NCBI GenBank assembly: GCA_964640835.1
Contig: CAZXJE010000001.1
Span: 1-36,845, forward strand
Reading direction: 5' to 3'
DNA length: 36,845 bases
Source: an uncultured Eubacteriales bacterium
Lineage (GTDB): Bacteria; Acidobacteriota; Aminicenantia; Aminicenantales; Aminicenantaceae
Shown: positions 24,236 through 32,631 of the stretch, in pieces
Layout of the letters: every line of letters starts with the position of its first letter
Numbering within the stretch: the first letter of the stretch is position 1
Program-made: the position numbers and the translations under genes
Notes under the pieces: generated by a model
What the model was told of the DNA's origin: nothing
Database searches by the model: none
What the model saw: only the letters and a program-made list of their open reading frames with translations

Positions 24236-26122
24236 TTATTCCATGTAGTGATCATACCAAAACTGGAAAATAATCAGTGGCCACAACAATTGCCGGTGAT
24301 TGTGTTCACCGTGGAAGTGTTCCTTCAGGAGCTTTTCGATGTAAGCATGATTGAAAAATCCGTGATGATTCAAGTTCGCTGGAGAGAGGATATCCGTGAC
24401 GAAATCCTTCAATTCATTCCTGATCCAGACACCTAAAGGAATGTCGAAGCCAATCTTTTTCCGGGTCAAAATTTCTGGAGGAAGGATTGGGGCCATCGCT
24501 TTTTTCAGAATATGTTTGGTCTCAAGTCTTTTCAGTTTAAGAGAACTTGGGATGGATGCGGCGTATTCAACGAATGTGTGGTCCAGGAATGGCACACGAA
24601 TCTCAAGAGAATTGGCCATGCTCATCCTATCTGATTTCACCAAAAGGTCATCCTGAAGATAGAGTTTCATATCCAAATATCCCAACCTGCTGACGGTGTC
24701 ATCAGCAGAGCAATTGTTGAGATGAAATGTGATGGGTGCGAATAGGTCTTCCTTGGTTTTTTCATAGATGTCTGGAGAGAACAATTCTTTCCCCTCTGAC
24801 GGACTGTAGGCTCCCCACCAGATAAAATTGGATATCTCTGGGGGATAGTCGATCCCTGATATGAATTTTTTCGCTTTGAATTCAAAACTCAACCTTTTCC
24901 CGGAAGCGGGAAGAAGCGGAGCGATTTTTTTGATGATGCTGTTTCTTATGAACTTCGGCACTTTTCTGTAGAATTTTGCCACTTGGTAGGCCTTGTAGGT
25001 GTCATAGCCTGCGAAGAGTTCGTCTCCTCCCTCGCCCGCCAGGGCAACTGTAACGTATTTACGGGCTAAGTTAGAAATGATGTAGGTCGGGATTATCGAA
25101 GCGTCGGCCAGCGGTTCATCCAGATATTCGATTAGCCTAGGGACCAATTCTTTGACCAGATTCGACTCCACAACAAATTCCGTATGATCTGTCTGAAAAT
25201 GGTCGGCAACAATTTTGGCATACCTCAGTTCGTTAAAACTCTCTTCCTTGAAACCTATAGAGAAGGTCTTTATCTTGGAGACGGCCACTTCGCTCATCAA
25301 TGCTGTTATGGAACTGGAGTCTATTCCACCGCTGAGAAAAACTCCCAAAGGAACATCACTAATCAGGCGCCTTTTTACGGATTCTTTCAGCTTCAGATAA
25401 ATGTTCTCCTGGTAGGATTCTTCTCCATCGTGGTTTTCTGAGGCATTTGAGTGCGCCACGTCCCAATAGGAATTCACTTTGATTTTCTCGTTAGAGATCA
25501 CAATCATGTGGCCTGGGAGCAATTTCTTGATGCCTTTGAAGATTGTCTCCGGTGCGGGGATATACTCGAATGTGAAAAATTGTGACATGCTTTCGAAATC
25601 GAGCTCTCGCTGGTAATCAGCCTGAAGAATGGATTTTATTTCGGATGAAAAAACAAGATTATCTTCCGTCTGCCAATAATGGAGGGGCTTGATTCCCAGT
25701 CTGTCTCTGACGAGATAGAATGTGTTCGATTTTTTATCCCAGAGTGCAATAGCAAACATGCCATTTAATCGGGATACAAAATTTTCCCCTTCCTCCTCAT
25801 AAAGATGGACAATAACCTCTGTATCTGATTTGGTGAAAAAGGTATGTCCTTTTGCAATGAGCTGTTCCCGCAATTCAGGGAAATTGTAAATTTCGCCGTT
25901 GAGGATTACCCAAACGCTTTTGTCCTCGTTGGGAATAGGTTGATGCCCTGTGACCAGGTCGATGATGCTCAACCGGCGCATCCCCAGGGACACTTTTTTG
26001 TCGGAATAGTAGCCTTCATCATCCGGGCCACGGTGAGCCATCACAGAGCACATCTTTTTTGTAATGTTTTCTGCTTCTGGTCCCAGCCCGCTGAATCCGT
26101 AGATGCCGCAGATGCCACACAT
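24236..26122 (-). CDS. asnB: Asparagine synthase (glutamine-hydrolysing) family amidotransferase
   Basis: 628-aa ORF. MCGICGIYGF provides the Ntn Cys2 nucleophile. PP-loop: VFLSGGIDSSS. GAGG lies 6 nt upstream of the ATG. In a glycan locus it may act as a sugar or uronate amidotransferase rather than in housekeeping asparagine synthesis. Confidence 0.92.
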   Translation of the reverse strand: MCGICGIYGFSGLGPEAENITKKMCSVMAHRGPDDEGYYSDKKVSLGMRRLSIIDLVTGHQPIPNEDKSVWVILNGEIYNFPELREQLIAKGHTFFTKSDTEVIVHLYEEEGENFVSRLNGMFAIALWDKKSNTFYLVRDRLGIKPLHYWQTEDNLVFSSEIKSILQADYQRELDFESMSQFFTFEYIPAPETIFKGIKKLLPGHMIVISNEKIKVNSYWDVAHSNASENHDGEESYQENIYLKLKESVKRRLISDVPLGVFLSGGIDSSSITALMSEVAVSKIKTFSIGFKEESFNELRYAKIVADHFQTDHTEFVVESNLVKELVPRLIEYLDEPLADASIIPTYIISNLARKYVTVALAGEGGDELFAGYDTYKAYQVAKFYRKVPKFIRNSIIKKIAPLLPASGKRLSFEFKAKKFISGIDYPPEISNFIWWGAYSPSEGKELFSPDIYEKTKEDLFAPITFHLNNCSADDTVSRLGYLDMKLYLQDDLLVKSDRMSMANSLEIRVPFLDHTFVEYAASIPSSLKLKRLETKHILKKAMAPILPPEILTRKKIGFDIPLGVWIRNELKDFVTDILSPANLNHHGFFNHAYIEKLLKEHFHGEHNHRQLLWPLIIFQFWYDHYME

Positions 26123-26382
26123 GGTTTACCTCTGGTGTCCCTAATGTATCTAAACAGCGATAGAATATCAATCCCTGCTTTGTATCCAAGTAAACATTCA
26201 ACTCTAAACGGTTAACGGTTAGAACAAGGCCAACATCTTTAAGGCCTAAGAATTGATGAATGCAGCGGAAAAATAATTAGAGTGAAGTCTGTGCATTGTT
26301 TATCATTCAGTTTTACGAATGAGAACAATTATCAGTTCAAGGAGTTAGGAAAACAAAGTTGTGTATCAGGTATCGAGAGGTG

Positions 26383-26391
26383 TGTTATAAT
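26383..26391 (+). promoter_or_regulatory. Extended -10 promoter element candidate for the rSAM-YdjC-GT2-GT-C operon
   Basis: TGtTATAAT at 26383-26391. The -35 is weak. It lies inside the track's 26359-start extension, which supports the downstream GTG 26437 start. Confidence 0.3.
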
Positions 26392-26436
26392 TTTAGCCAA
26401 ATTTCTGTTTGGATTGGAGTATTGAACAAGGACAAT

Positions 26437-27804
26437 GTGATTTTATTGAATCCACCGGGTGATAAGCTATACATCCGTGATTATTACTGTAGCTTTTCAT
26501 CCAAGGCGGATTATTACTGGCCCCCACAGGACCTCATTTACCTCAGTGGGATTCTCGATCAGGAGTTTTCCGTTCAAGTCATCGACGCCATTATCAACAG
26601 AATGTCGGAGGAAGATGTTCTTTCGTGTGTTGAGGATTCCGGAGCGCGAGCTCTAATTTTTACAACAGGGACGGCCACGTTTCAGTCTGATCTTCGTTTG
26701 ATTCAAAAGGTCAAAGCAAAGACCGGAATTAAAATCATAGCCAGTGCTGGAATTTTAAAATTCATCGGTCATGAATTCCTGAATCGGTACGATTATGTTG
26801 ATGCACTGCTTCTGGATTTCACCGAACAAGACATTCTCACTTATATAAGAAACGATGGAGAGGCGCCGCTAAAAGAGATTATATACAGAAAGAACGGTAA
26901 TTTCATCGAAAGCAAAGCGAAAGCACCGCTCAAGTTCAGCGTTCCTGTCCCCAGACATGATCTTTTTGATTTTTACAAATACCGGATTCCTCATGCCCGG
27001 AGGCTTCCCTTTACAATCGTTGTCACGTCATTGGGATGCCCACACAGCTGTGGATTCTGTACGGCTGGCGCTTATGGTTATAGGACGAGAGATGTGGACG
27101 GAGTCATCGAAGAGCTTCGACTTCTTTCACGTTTGGGAGTGAAAGAGATTCTGTTCCAAGATCCCACATTCACGATCAACGCGAAAAGAGTTGTCGAGCT
27201 TTGCAGCAAAATGGTGAAAAACAATTTTGATTTCACATGGAGTTGTAACGCAGATATCAAATCGTTCACAGAGGAAAAAATCAAACATATGAAGCAGGCT
27301 GGGTGTCATACGGTGTTCTTGGGTATAGAAAGCGGCAGTGACGAAATTCTCGAGAAATACTCGAAGAAGATCACTACAGATGAGATCAGAAAGACCATCC
27401 GGATGCTGAACACATACAAGATCCGTGTTTTAGGCTATTTCATCCTCGGATTACCGGGTGAGGACAGGGATTCCATCCGTAAAACCATAGACCTTGCCAA
27501 ACAACTGGACATTGACTTCGCATCCTTTTCTACTGCCACCCCGGATTTGGGGACTCCCTTAAGGAGAGAAGCCCTGGAAAAAGGGTGGATGTGTGCCGAA
27601 GAGAGTGTGTTTGACAGTTCAGATTTTCCTGTTCTCGAGACGGAGACTCTTTCAAGAGAAGAAGTCTGGCAACTTCGTCGCCAGGCTGTCTTGGAATTTT
27701 ACCTCAGGCCTTCCTACTTGTTTAAAATGATGCGTCAGATTCGGAATTTTCGGGATGTGAAATTAGCTGCATCAAACGCTCTATCGCTTTTTCGAAAATC
27801 ATGA
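26437..27804 (+). CDS. Cobalamin (B12)-binding-domain radical SAM enzyme (class B type; HpnJ-like architecture)
   Basis: The ORF track gives 26359..27804 (TTG start). GTG 26437 has AAGGA 4 nt upstream. It gives (M)ILLNPPGDKLY, parallel to the MNIILLNPPYF start of the paralog at 3918..5279. Cluster motif: TSLGCPHSCGFCTA. The stop overlaps the next start (ATGA at 27801-27804). Confidence 0.87.
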   Translation: MILLNPPGDKLYIRDYYCSFSSKADYYWPPQDLIYLSGILDQEFSVQVIDAIINRMSEEDVLSCVEDSGARALIFTTGTATFQSDLRLIQKVKAKTGIKIIASAGILKFIGHEFLNRYDYVDALLLDFTEQDILTYIRNDGEAPLKEIIYRKNGNFIESKAKAPLKFSVPVPRHDLFDFYKYRIPHARRLPFTIVVTSLGCPHSCGFCTAGAYGYRTRDVDGVIEELRLLSRLGVKEILFQDPTFTINAKRVVELCSKMVKNNFDFTWSCNADIKSFTEEKIKHMKQAGCHTVFLGIESGSDEILEKYSKKITTDEIRKTIRMLNTYKIRVLGYFILGLPGEDRDSIRKTIDLAKQLDIDFASFSTATPDLGTPLRREALEKGWMCAEESVFDSSDFPVLETETLSREEVWQLRRQAVLEFYLRPSYLFKMMRQIRNFRDVKLAASNALSLFRKS

Positions 27805-28649
27805 AGAAAGTCATAATTAATGCCGATGATTTCGGTCTGGTCCAGGGGGTGAACGAGGGGATTATCAAGGCCCATCAAGAGGGTATCCTGACGAGCGCAA
27901 CCCTGATGGCCAACATGCCTGGGTTTAAGGAGGCTGTGGTGTTGGCCGGCGCCAATCCCAAGTTAGGCGTAGGAGTGCATCTCAATATACTCCGGGGTCA
28001 GCCCGTCTCACCCACAAAGAAAGTGGAGAGCCTTCTTTCGAAGGAGCTTCGATTTATTCCGAGCGTTTCGAGTCTTCTCCGACGAATTGTCTGGAAACGG
28101 ATCAACTTCGATGAGGTCGAAAGAGAGTTCAGAGCCCAAGTAGAGAAGGTGTTGGAAGTTGGCCTTGAACCCAGTCACATCGACAGCGAAAAGCACATTC
28201 ACTTGATCCGGCCTCTCTTCCGGATTGTCCTGAAGCTGGCGAAAGAGTACAAGATTGATAAGATTCGATTTATTCAGGAATACTGTGTCTCTCCCCGGTC
28301 GACACAGATATTCAAATCGATTTTCATTTCCCTATCCTCGACTTCTATGAAAAAGAGGATGGTCAAAGAGGGGATCCGCTCCCCCGACAACTTCTATGGC
28401 GTGTGTGACAGTGGCCTGATCACCGAGACAAAACTCCGGAAAGCGCTTCGAGGTGCCAAAGAGGGTGTCACAGAAATTATGGTTCATCCTGGATTTATCA
28501 CACAGGAAATGATAGAGTTAGAAAAACAGATCGGCCCTTATTACATCAATAAATACAGAGAGAAAGAGTTAAACGCACTGCTCGATGAAAAATTGCCTGA
28601 AGTCATCGCTGATCTGGGGATTCAGTTGATAAATTTTAATCACTTATAA
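27801..28649 (+). CDS. YdjC/ChbG/HpnK-family carbohydrate de-N-acetylase
   Basis: 282-aa ORF. Hallmark N-terminus: MKKVIINADDFGLVQGVNEGIIKAHQEGILTSATLMANMPGF, followed by LGVGVHLNIL. Confidence 0.9.
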   Translation: MKKVIINADDFGLVQGVNEGIIKAHQEGILTSATLMANMPGFKEAVVLAGANPKLGVGVHLNILRGQPVSPTKKVESLLSKELRFIPSVSSLLRRIVWKRINFDEVEREFRAQVEKVLEVGLEPSHIDSEKHIHLIRPLFRIVLKLAKEYKIDKIRFIQEYCVSPRSTQIFKSIFISLSSTSMKKRMVKEGIRSPDNFYGVCDSGLITETKLRKALRGAKEGVTEIMVHPGFITQEMIELEKQIGPYYINKYREKELNALLDEKLPEVIADLGIQLINFNHL

Positions 28650-28664
28650 ACGGTAAAAGATCCC

Positions 28665-29657
28665 ATGGATGAAAAAGATAAGAACCTGCAGATTTCAATC
28701 GTAGTCCCCTTTTATAATGAAGAGGACAACATCGAAGAGCTTTATGGACAATTGACCCGGGTGCTTAAAGGGCTGGGTGTGTCTTACGAGTTGATCTTTA
28801 TCGATGACGGCAGCACGGATAGAACCCACGACATATTGATGAGTCTCTTCGATTCTGACGAAACAGTCATGGTCATCATACTGCGCAAAAATTTCGGACA
28901 GACTGCTGCTCTGCAGGCTGGGTTTGACCATGCCAAAGGTGAGGTCGTCATCACCATGGATGGGGACCTGCAGCATGACCCCAAGGATATCCCCAAGTTG
29001 TTAGCTCCATTGGAAGAGGGCTTTGATATTGTCTCGGGATGGCGCAAAGAACGGAAAGATCATTTTCTTCTGAGGCGATTTCCCTCCTGGGTGGCCAACA
29101 GGATTATGAGGCTCCTCTCGAGAGTTAATATCCATGATTTTGGGACGACTTTTAAGGCCTACAGACGGGATGTCCTCGAGGGGCTTCGGCTATACGGGGA
29201 GCTTCACCGTTTTATCCCCGCTCTCATCAGCCGGACAGGAGTGAGGATCACTGAAGTCCCGATCACGAATGTGGTCCGTCAGAAGGGAAAATCGAATTAC
29301 GGACTTTCGCGCATCCGCCGAGTTCTCTTTGACCTGATGACCGTGAAGTTTATCATCAGTTTTATCGACCGGCCATTGCAGTTCTTTGGCCTTATCGGCC
29401 TAATCCTCGGCGGCGCCGGATTCACCATTGGCCTCATTCTGACTGTTGGGTTTTACTTTTTTGAATGGTCGATCAGAGAGAACCTGGGAAATTTAATTCT
29501 CAGTGTGTTCTTGATGATCATGGGACTTCAGTTCATTATGACCGGCTTACTGGCAGAAATCATATCTCGTATCTATTTCACTACACACGGAATGCGAATT
29601 TATTCCGTGGCAGAAATGAAATCCCATCAGTCCTCGAATAAGGAAGCGGGAAGATAA
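28665..29657 (+). CDS. Family 2 glycosyltransferase, ArnC/GtrB/DPM1-type polyprenyl-phosphate glycosyltransferase with two C-terminal TM helices
   Basis: 330-aa ORF. Motifs: ISIVVPFYNEEDNI, IFIDDGSTDRT, FGQTAALQAGFDHAKGEVVITMDGDLQHDP, IVSGWRKERKD. C-terminal TM helices: FFGLIGLILGGAGFTIGLILTVGFYFF and LILSVFLMIMGLQFIMTGLLAEII. Confidence 0.9.
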   Translation: MDEKDKNLQISIVVPFYNEEDNIEELYGQLTRVLKGLGVSYELIFIDDGSTDRTHDILMSLFDSDETVMVIILRKNFGQTAALQAGFDHAKGEVVITMDGDLQHDPKDIPKLLAPLEEGFDIVSGWRKERKDHFLLRRFPSWVANRIMRLLSRVNIHDFGTTFKAYRRDVLEGLRLYGELHRFIPALISRTGVRITEVPITNVVRQKGKSNYGLSRIRRVLFDLMTVKFIISFIDRPLQFFGLIGLILGGAGFTIGLILTVGFYFFEWSIRENLGNLILSVFLMIMGLQFIMTGLLAEIISRIYFTTHGMRIYSVAEMKSHQSSNKEAGR

Positions 29658-29681
29658 GACTGGGCCCAAGGTGAAGGAGGG

Positions 29682-31796
29682 TTGTTGAACAATATTTTAA
29701 TTAAAAAGGTTCAACAGAACGCCGATCTTTTGACATGGCTTGGGATTGCTCTTTTTTCAGTCTTTTTATTCCTAACTCTTGTTCAATCTCTGGATGTGCT
29801 TTCTCTCTGGATGGATGAGGGATTTTATTATCTAGCAACACAAAAAATTATTGAATTCGGCTGCCCCCTTTATCCCTCAGGTCACATCTATTTTAAAGCG
29901 ATTTTTTATGCATATGCGTCCGCTCTTTTCTCCATTATTTTTGGATTTTCAGTTTTTAATCTCAGGTTGATCAGTGTTTTTTCGACCATCGCTCTTTTTC
30001 CCGTTATTTATCTTCTCGGGAAGAGATTCTTTAACAGGTTGATTGGTTTGGGAGCTGTTGTCGTCTTTTCTTTAAATGTATGGGTTGCAGAGTACTCTCG
30101 GACAGACATTTATTTCGCTTCTCTCCAATTGGTGAGTTTCCTCGGCCTTTATCTTTTCTACAGAGGTTTTTTCGAAGAGAAAAAGAGATATAAGGTTTTA
30201 GCCACGGTTTCCTTCTTGATAGCGCCACTGGTGCACCAGCTGGGCATGGGCCTTTGGTTCTGTTTTCCTGCCTTTTTCTTTGTAAAAGGAGTGAAAAGAT
30301 TCTTTCGCAGGGATATATTACTGAGTTTTGCTCTGACAACCGTTTTTTATCTTTTTGTCCAGATTCATGAGTTTTTCTTTTGGAAAGTCGGATATGTGTA
30401 CTTTAAAAGCGATCTTAGCTTCCGTGGATTGATCCAGTATTCTTTCTCCAGTTTCTCTCTCAGCTATTTTTATGAGTTCTACCGAAGTTTTCCCTTAATG
30501 AGTCTGATTGTTTTTGCTGGGTTGTTCTCCCTCTTGGGGGCATGGTTCCTTGAGGGGAAGAAGGAACAGTCTGGTTCGCGTACATTTTATGTAAATTGGC
30601 TTTTTTTAAATTTGTGCTTGATCTTTCCACTCCTATTCCTTGGATTTTTCCGGACCCATGTCCAACCGAGGTATCTCTATCAGCTCTATCCTCTTTTTGT
30701 CGTTCTGTATGCCGTAAGCCTCTTTAAATTTTCCCAAATTCTTATCGAGACTCTAATAACGCCCTTTTCAACCAAGAGGACGAAAGCTCACTCGGCTGCT
30801 GCAGGAATTCTTTTTGTGATTCTGGCCTTTTTCAGTGCTGAAGGAGTTGGATTGGGCGAGGTTAAAAAGATTGTGAACAGGCAGTACGGTGATCCTATCC
30901 AAACAAATATTATCAATCGGTCGGGTAGGCAAGAGCATTACGATCATAGAGGGCCGGGCGAGTACGTCCGACACTTTCTCCAGGAAGATGATCTGGTCGT
31001 GGCCATCCATGTGGTCTTTCAGTACATCTATGCAGGACGCGTTGATTATTGGCTGTGGTCCGGGGGACCCGGGACTTGGGATGCATGGGAGGAAACATCT
31101 GAGGGGTGGAAGGATTTTTATACCGGTGCCAGGTGGATCAACAGCCTGGAAGGTCTGAAACAAGTGTTGGATGGGAATCCCAAAAAGAGGGCCTGGATCA
31201 TCGTATCTCCCTCCATCTTTCGCAGGGACCATATCAAGGAGAACATCGCTCAGTTCATAAAATCAGACCCAGAAAAACTTGTCTTCCGAGGTAAAGACGG
31301 CATGTCAGAAGTCTATCTGTGGAATGAAGAGGCAAAAGAACTGACCGGCCCCGCTCACACCATAGAGGGAGAATGGCTTCCTGCGTTCTTCGGAAAGACT
31401 GTATACGAAGAAGAAGCTTCCAGAGGGAGTGCCTTCTATGTTCCCAAATTGGAGAATGGAGGAAAAATCGGCTATTACACGACAGAACAGACATTCTCGC
31501 CCGGGCGTTATTCGGTTTCTTTGCGGTTAAAGTCGCAAGATTTCGAACGAGAGGACGATAGATTGTTCGGTATCGCTCTCTTGAATGGGCCAAAGGGCGA
31601 TCAAGTGGCGTCCTATATCGTGAAGGGAGATATGATTAAAAATGGAGCAGGTTACCAGGACTATCACTTTAACTATTATCAGAGCAAAGAGAGCCGGCTG
31701 TATCTGAAATTTTTATTCACGGGTCAAGGAAATGTATGGCTCGATTATGTGGATATTGAACCTGACATCGAGCCGCCTACAGATAAAATGTCTTAG
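29682..31796 (+). CDS. GT-C membrane glycosyltransferase (ArnT/PMT_2-like) with a C-terminal extracytoplasmic beta-rich (CBM-like) domain
   Basis: 704-aa ORF. TTG start(s) at 29682/29685 lie immediately after AAGGAGG. First-loop motif: LSLWMDEGFYYLATQKIIEFGCPLYPSG. About 11 TM segments. The C-terminal ~300 aa are soluble and end ...LYLKFLFTGQGNVWLDYVDIEP. Confidence 0.82.
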   Translation: MLNNILIKKVQQNADLLTWLGIALFSVFLFLTLVQSLDVLSLWMDEGFYYLATQKIIEFGCPLYPSGHIYFKAIFYAYASALFSIIFGFSVFNLRLISVFSTIALFPVIYLLGKRFFNRLIGLGAVVVFSLNVWVAEYSRTDIYFASLQLVSFLGLYLFYRGFFEEKKRYKVLATVSFLIAPLVHQLGMGLWFCFPAFFFVKGVKRFFRRDILLSFALTTVFYLFVQIHEFFFWKVGYVYFKSDLSFRGLIQYSFSSFSLSYFYEFYRSFPLMSLIVFAGLFSLLGAWFLEGKKEQSGSRTFYVNWLFLNLCLIFPLLFLGFFRTHVQPRYLYQLYPLFVVLYAVSLFKFSQILIETLITPFSTKRTKAHSAAAGILFVILAFFSAEGVGLGEVKKIVNRQYGDPIQTNIINRSGRQEHYDHRGPGEYVRHFLQEDDLVVAIHVVFQYIYAGRVDYWLWSGGPGTWDAWEETSEGWKDFYTGARWINSLEGLKQVLDGNPKKRAWIIVSPSIFRRDHIKENIAQFIKSDPEKLVFRGKDGMSEVYLWNEEAKELTGPAHTIEGEWLPAFFGKTVYEEEASRGSAFYVPKLENGGKIGYYTTEQTFSPGRYSVSLRLKSQDFEREDDRLFGIALLNGPKGDQVASYIVKGDMIKNGAGYQDYHFNYYQSKESRLYLKFLFTGQGNVWLDYVDIEPDIEPPTDKMS

Positions 31797-31864
31797 GGCC
31801 TGAAAAGGCAGAGAATGATTCTCCAAGAAGATGCTGAACAGAAAAGGGACAAAAGGAGGGTGGG

Positions 31865-32617
31865 ATGAAAGACGATTTTCGGGGGAGTGTACAGAAGGAG
31901 CTCATCGAAAAAAAAGGATCTTTTTTTTCGAAGTATTCCATTCTTTTTCTAGGGAAGAAAGGATTTTTTTTATTTCTCAAGTATGAGTGTTTGACCTTGC
32001 TCTTTTCAGGGATTCCTGGAGCGCTGGGTTTTTTCTTGCGCAAGCTCTTCTACCCGAGCTTATTCAAGAAGGTAGGAAAAGGCGTGATCTTTGGACGGAA
32101 CATCACTGTGCGGCATCCGAAAAAGATCTCGATCGGGGACAACACCTTCATCGATGAAAATGTGGTACTGGATGCTAAAGGAGAGGAAAACAAAGGGATT
32201 GCAATAGGTGCAAATGTCTACATCGGCCGGAACACCATTCTGAGTTGTAAGGAGGGATCTATCTTTCTAGAGGATTACTGCAACATATCTGCCAATTGTA
32301 TGCTCCTCTCAGAGACTGAGATCCGTTTGGGTTTGTACTGTTTTTTGGCAGGGCAATGCTATCTTGTGGCCGGTGGGAATCATGCATTCGATGACATATC
32401 GGTTCCGATCATGTTCCAGCCCTCCTATTCCAAAGGAGGGATCGCAGTCGGTGAGGATGTGTGGCTGGGAGCGGGAGTTATCGTTCTGGATGGAGCGAAT
32501 GTCGGGAAAGGAACCGTTGTAGGGGCAGGAGCAGTGGTCACCGAATCTCTTCCAGAGTACTGTATTGCAGTTGGGAGTCCCGCTCAAAAGATCAGAGACA
32601 GAAAGACCACCGTCTGA
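31865..32617 (+). CDS. Left-handed beta-helix (hexapeptide repeat) acyl/acetyltransferase, WcaF/sugar O-acetyltransferase-like
   Basis: 250-aa ORF with AGGAGG upstream. Hexapeptide-type repeats: ISIGDNTFIDENVVLD, IAIGANVYIGRNTIL, IAVGEDVWLGAGVIVLDGANVGKGTVVGAGAVV. The N-terminal stretch is hydrophobic. Confidence 0.85.
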   Translation: MKDDFRGSVQKELIEKKGSFFSKYSILFLGKKGFFLFLKYECLTLLFSGIPGALGFFLRKLFYPSLFKKVGKGVIFGRNITVRHPKKISIGDNTFIDENVVLDAKGEENKGIAIGANVYIGRNTILSCKEGSIFLEDYCNISANCMLLSETEIRLGLYCFLAGQCYLVAGGNHAFDDISVPIMFQPSYSKGGIAVGEDVWLGAGVIVLDGANVGKGTVVGAGAVVTESLPEYCIAVGSPAQKIRDRKTTV

Positions 32618-32631
32618 TTCAAGGTAAATTG

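Noticed and set aside
26123-26436. Cobalamin riboswitch upstream of the B12-dependent radical SAM operons (also checked at 5951..6097)
   Set aside because: I found no B12-box-like core (GCCACTG context) or extended conserved structure in these spacers. The only GCCACTG seen is inside the coding sequence near 9290.
22282-32617. Calling the locus a bona fide hopanoid hpnIJK cluster
   Set aside because: Only the enzyme-family trio matches. No squalene-hopene cyclase, hpnH or other hopanoid gene is in the window. The GT2 is of the ArnC/GtrB polyprenyl-phosphate type, and a GT-C transferase follows, which fits lipid-carrier delivery better. The question is left open as the main refutation test of finding 1.
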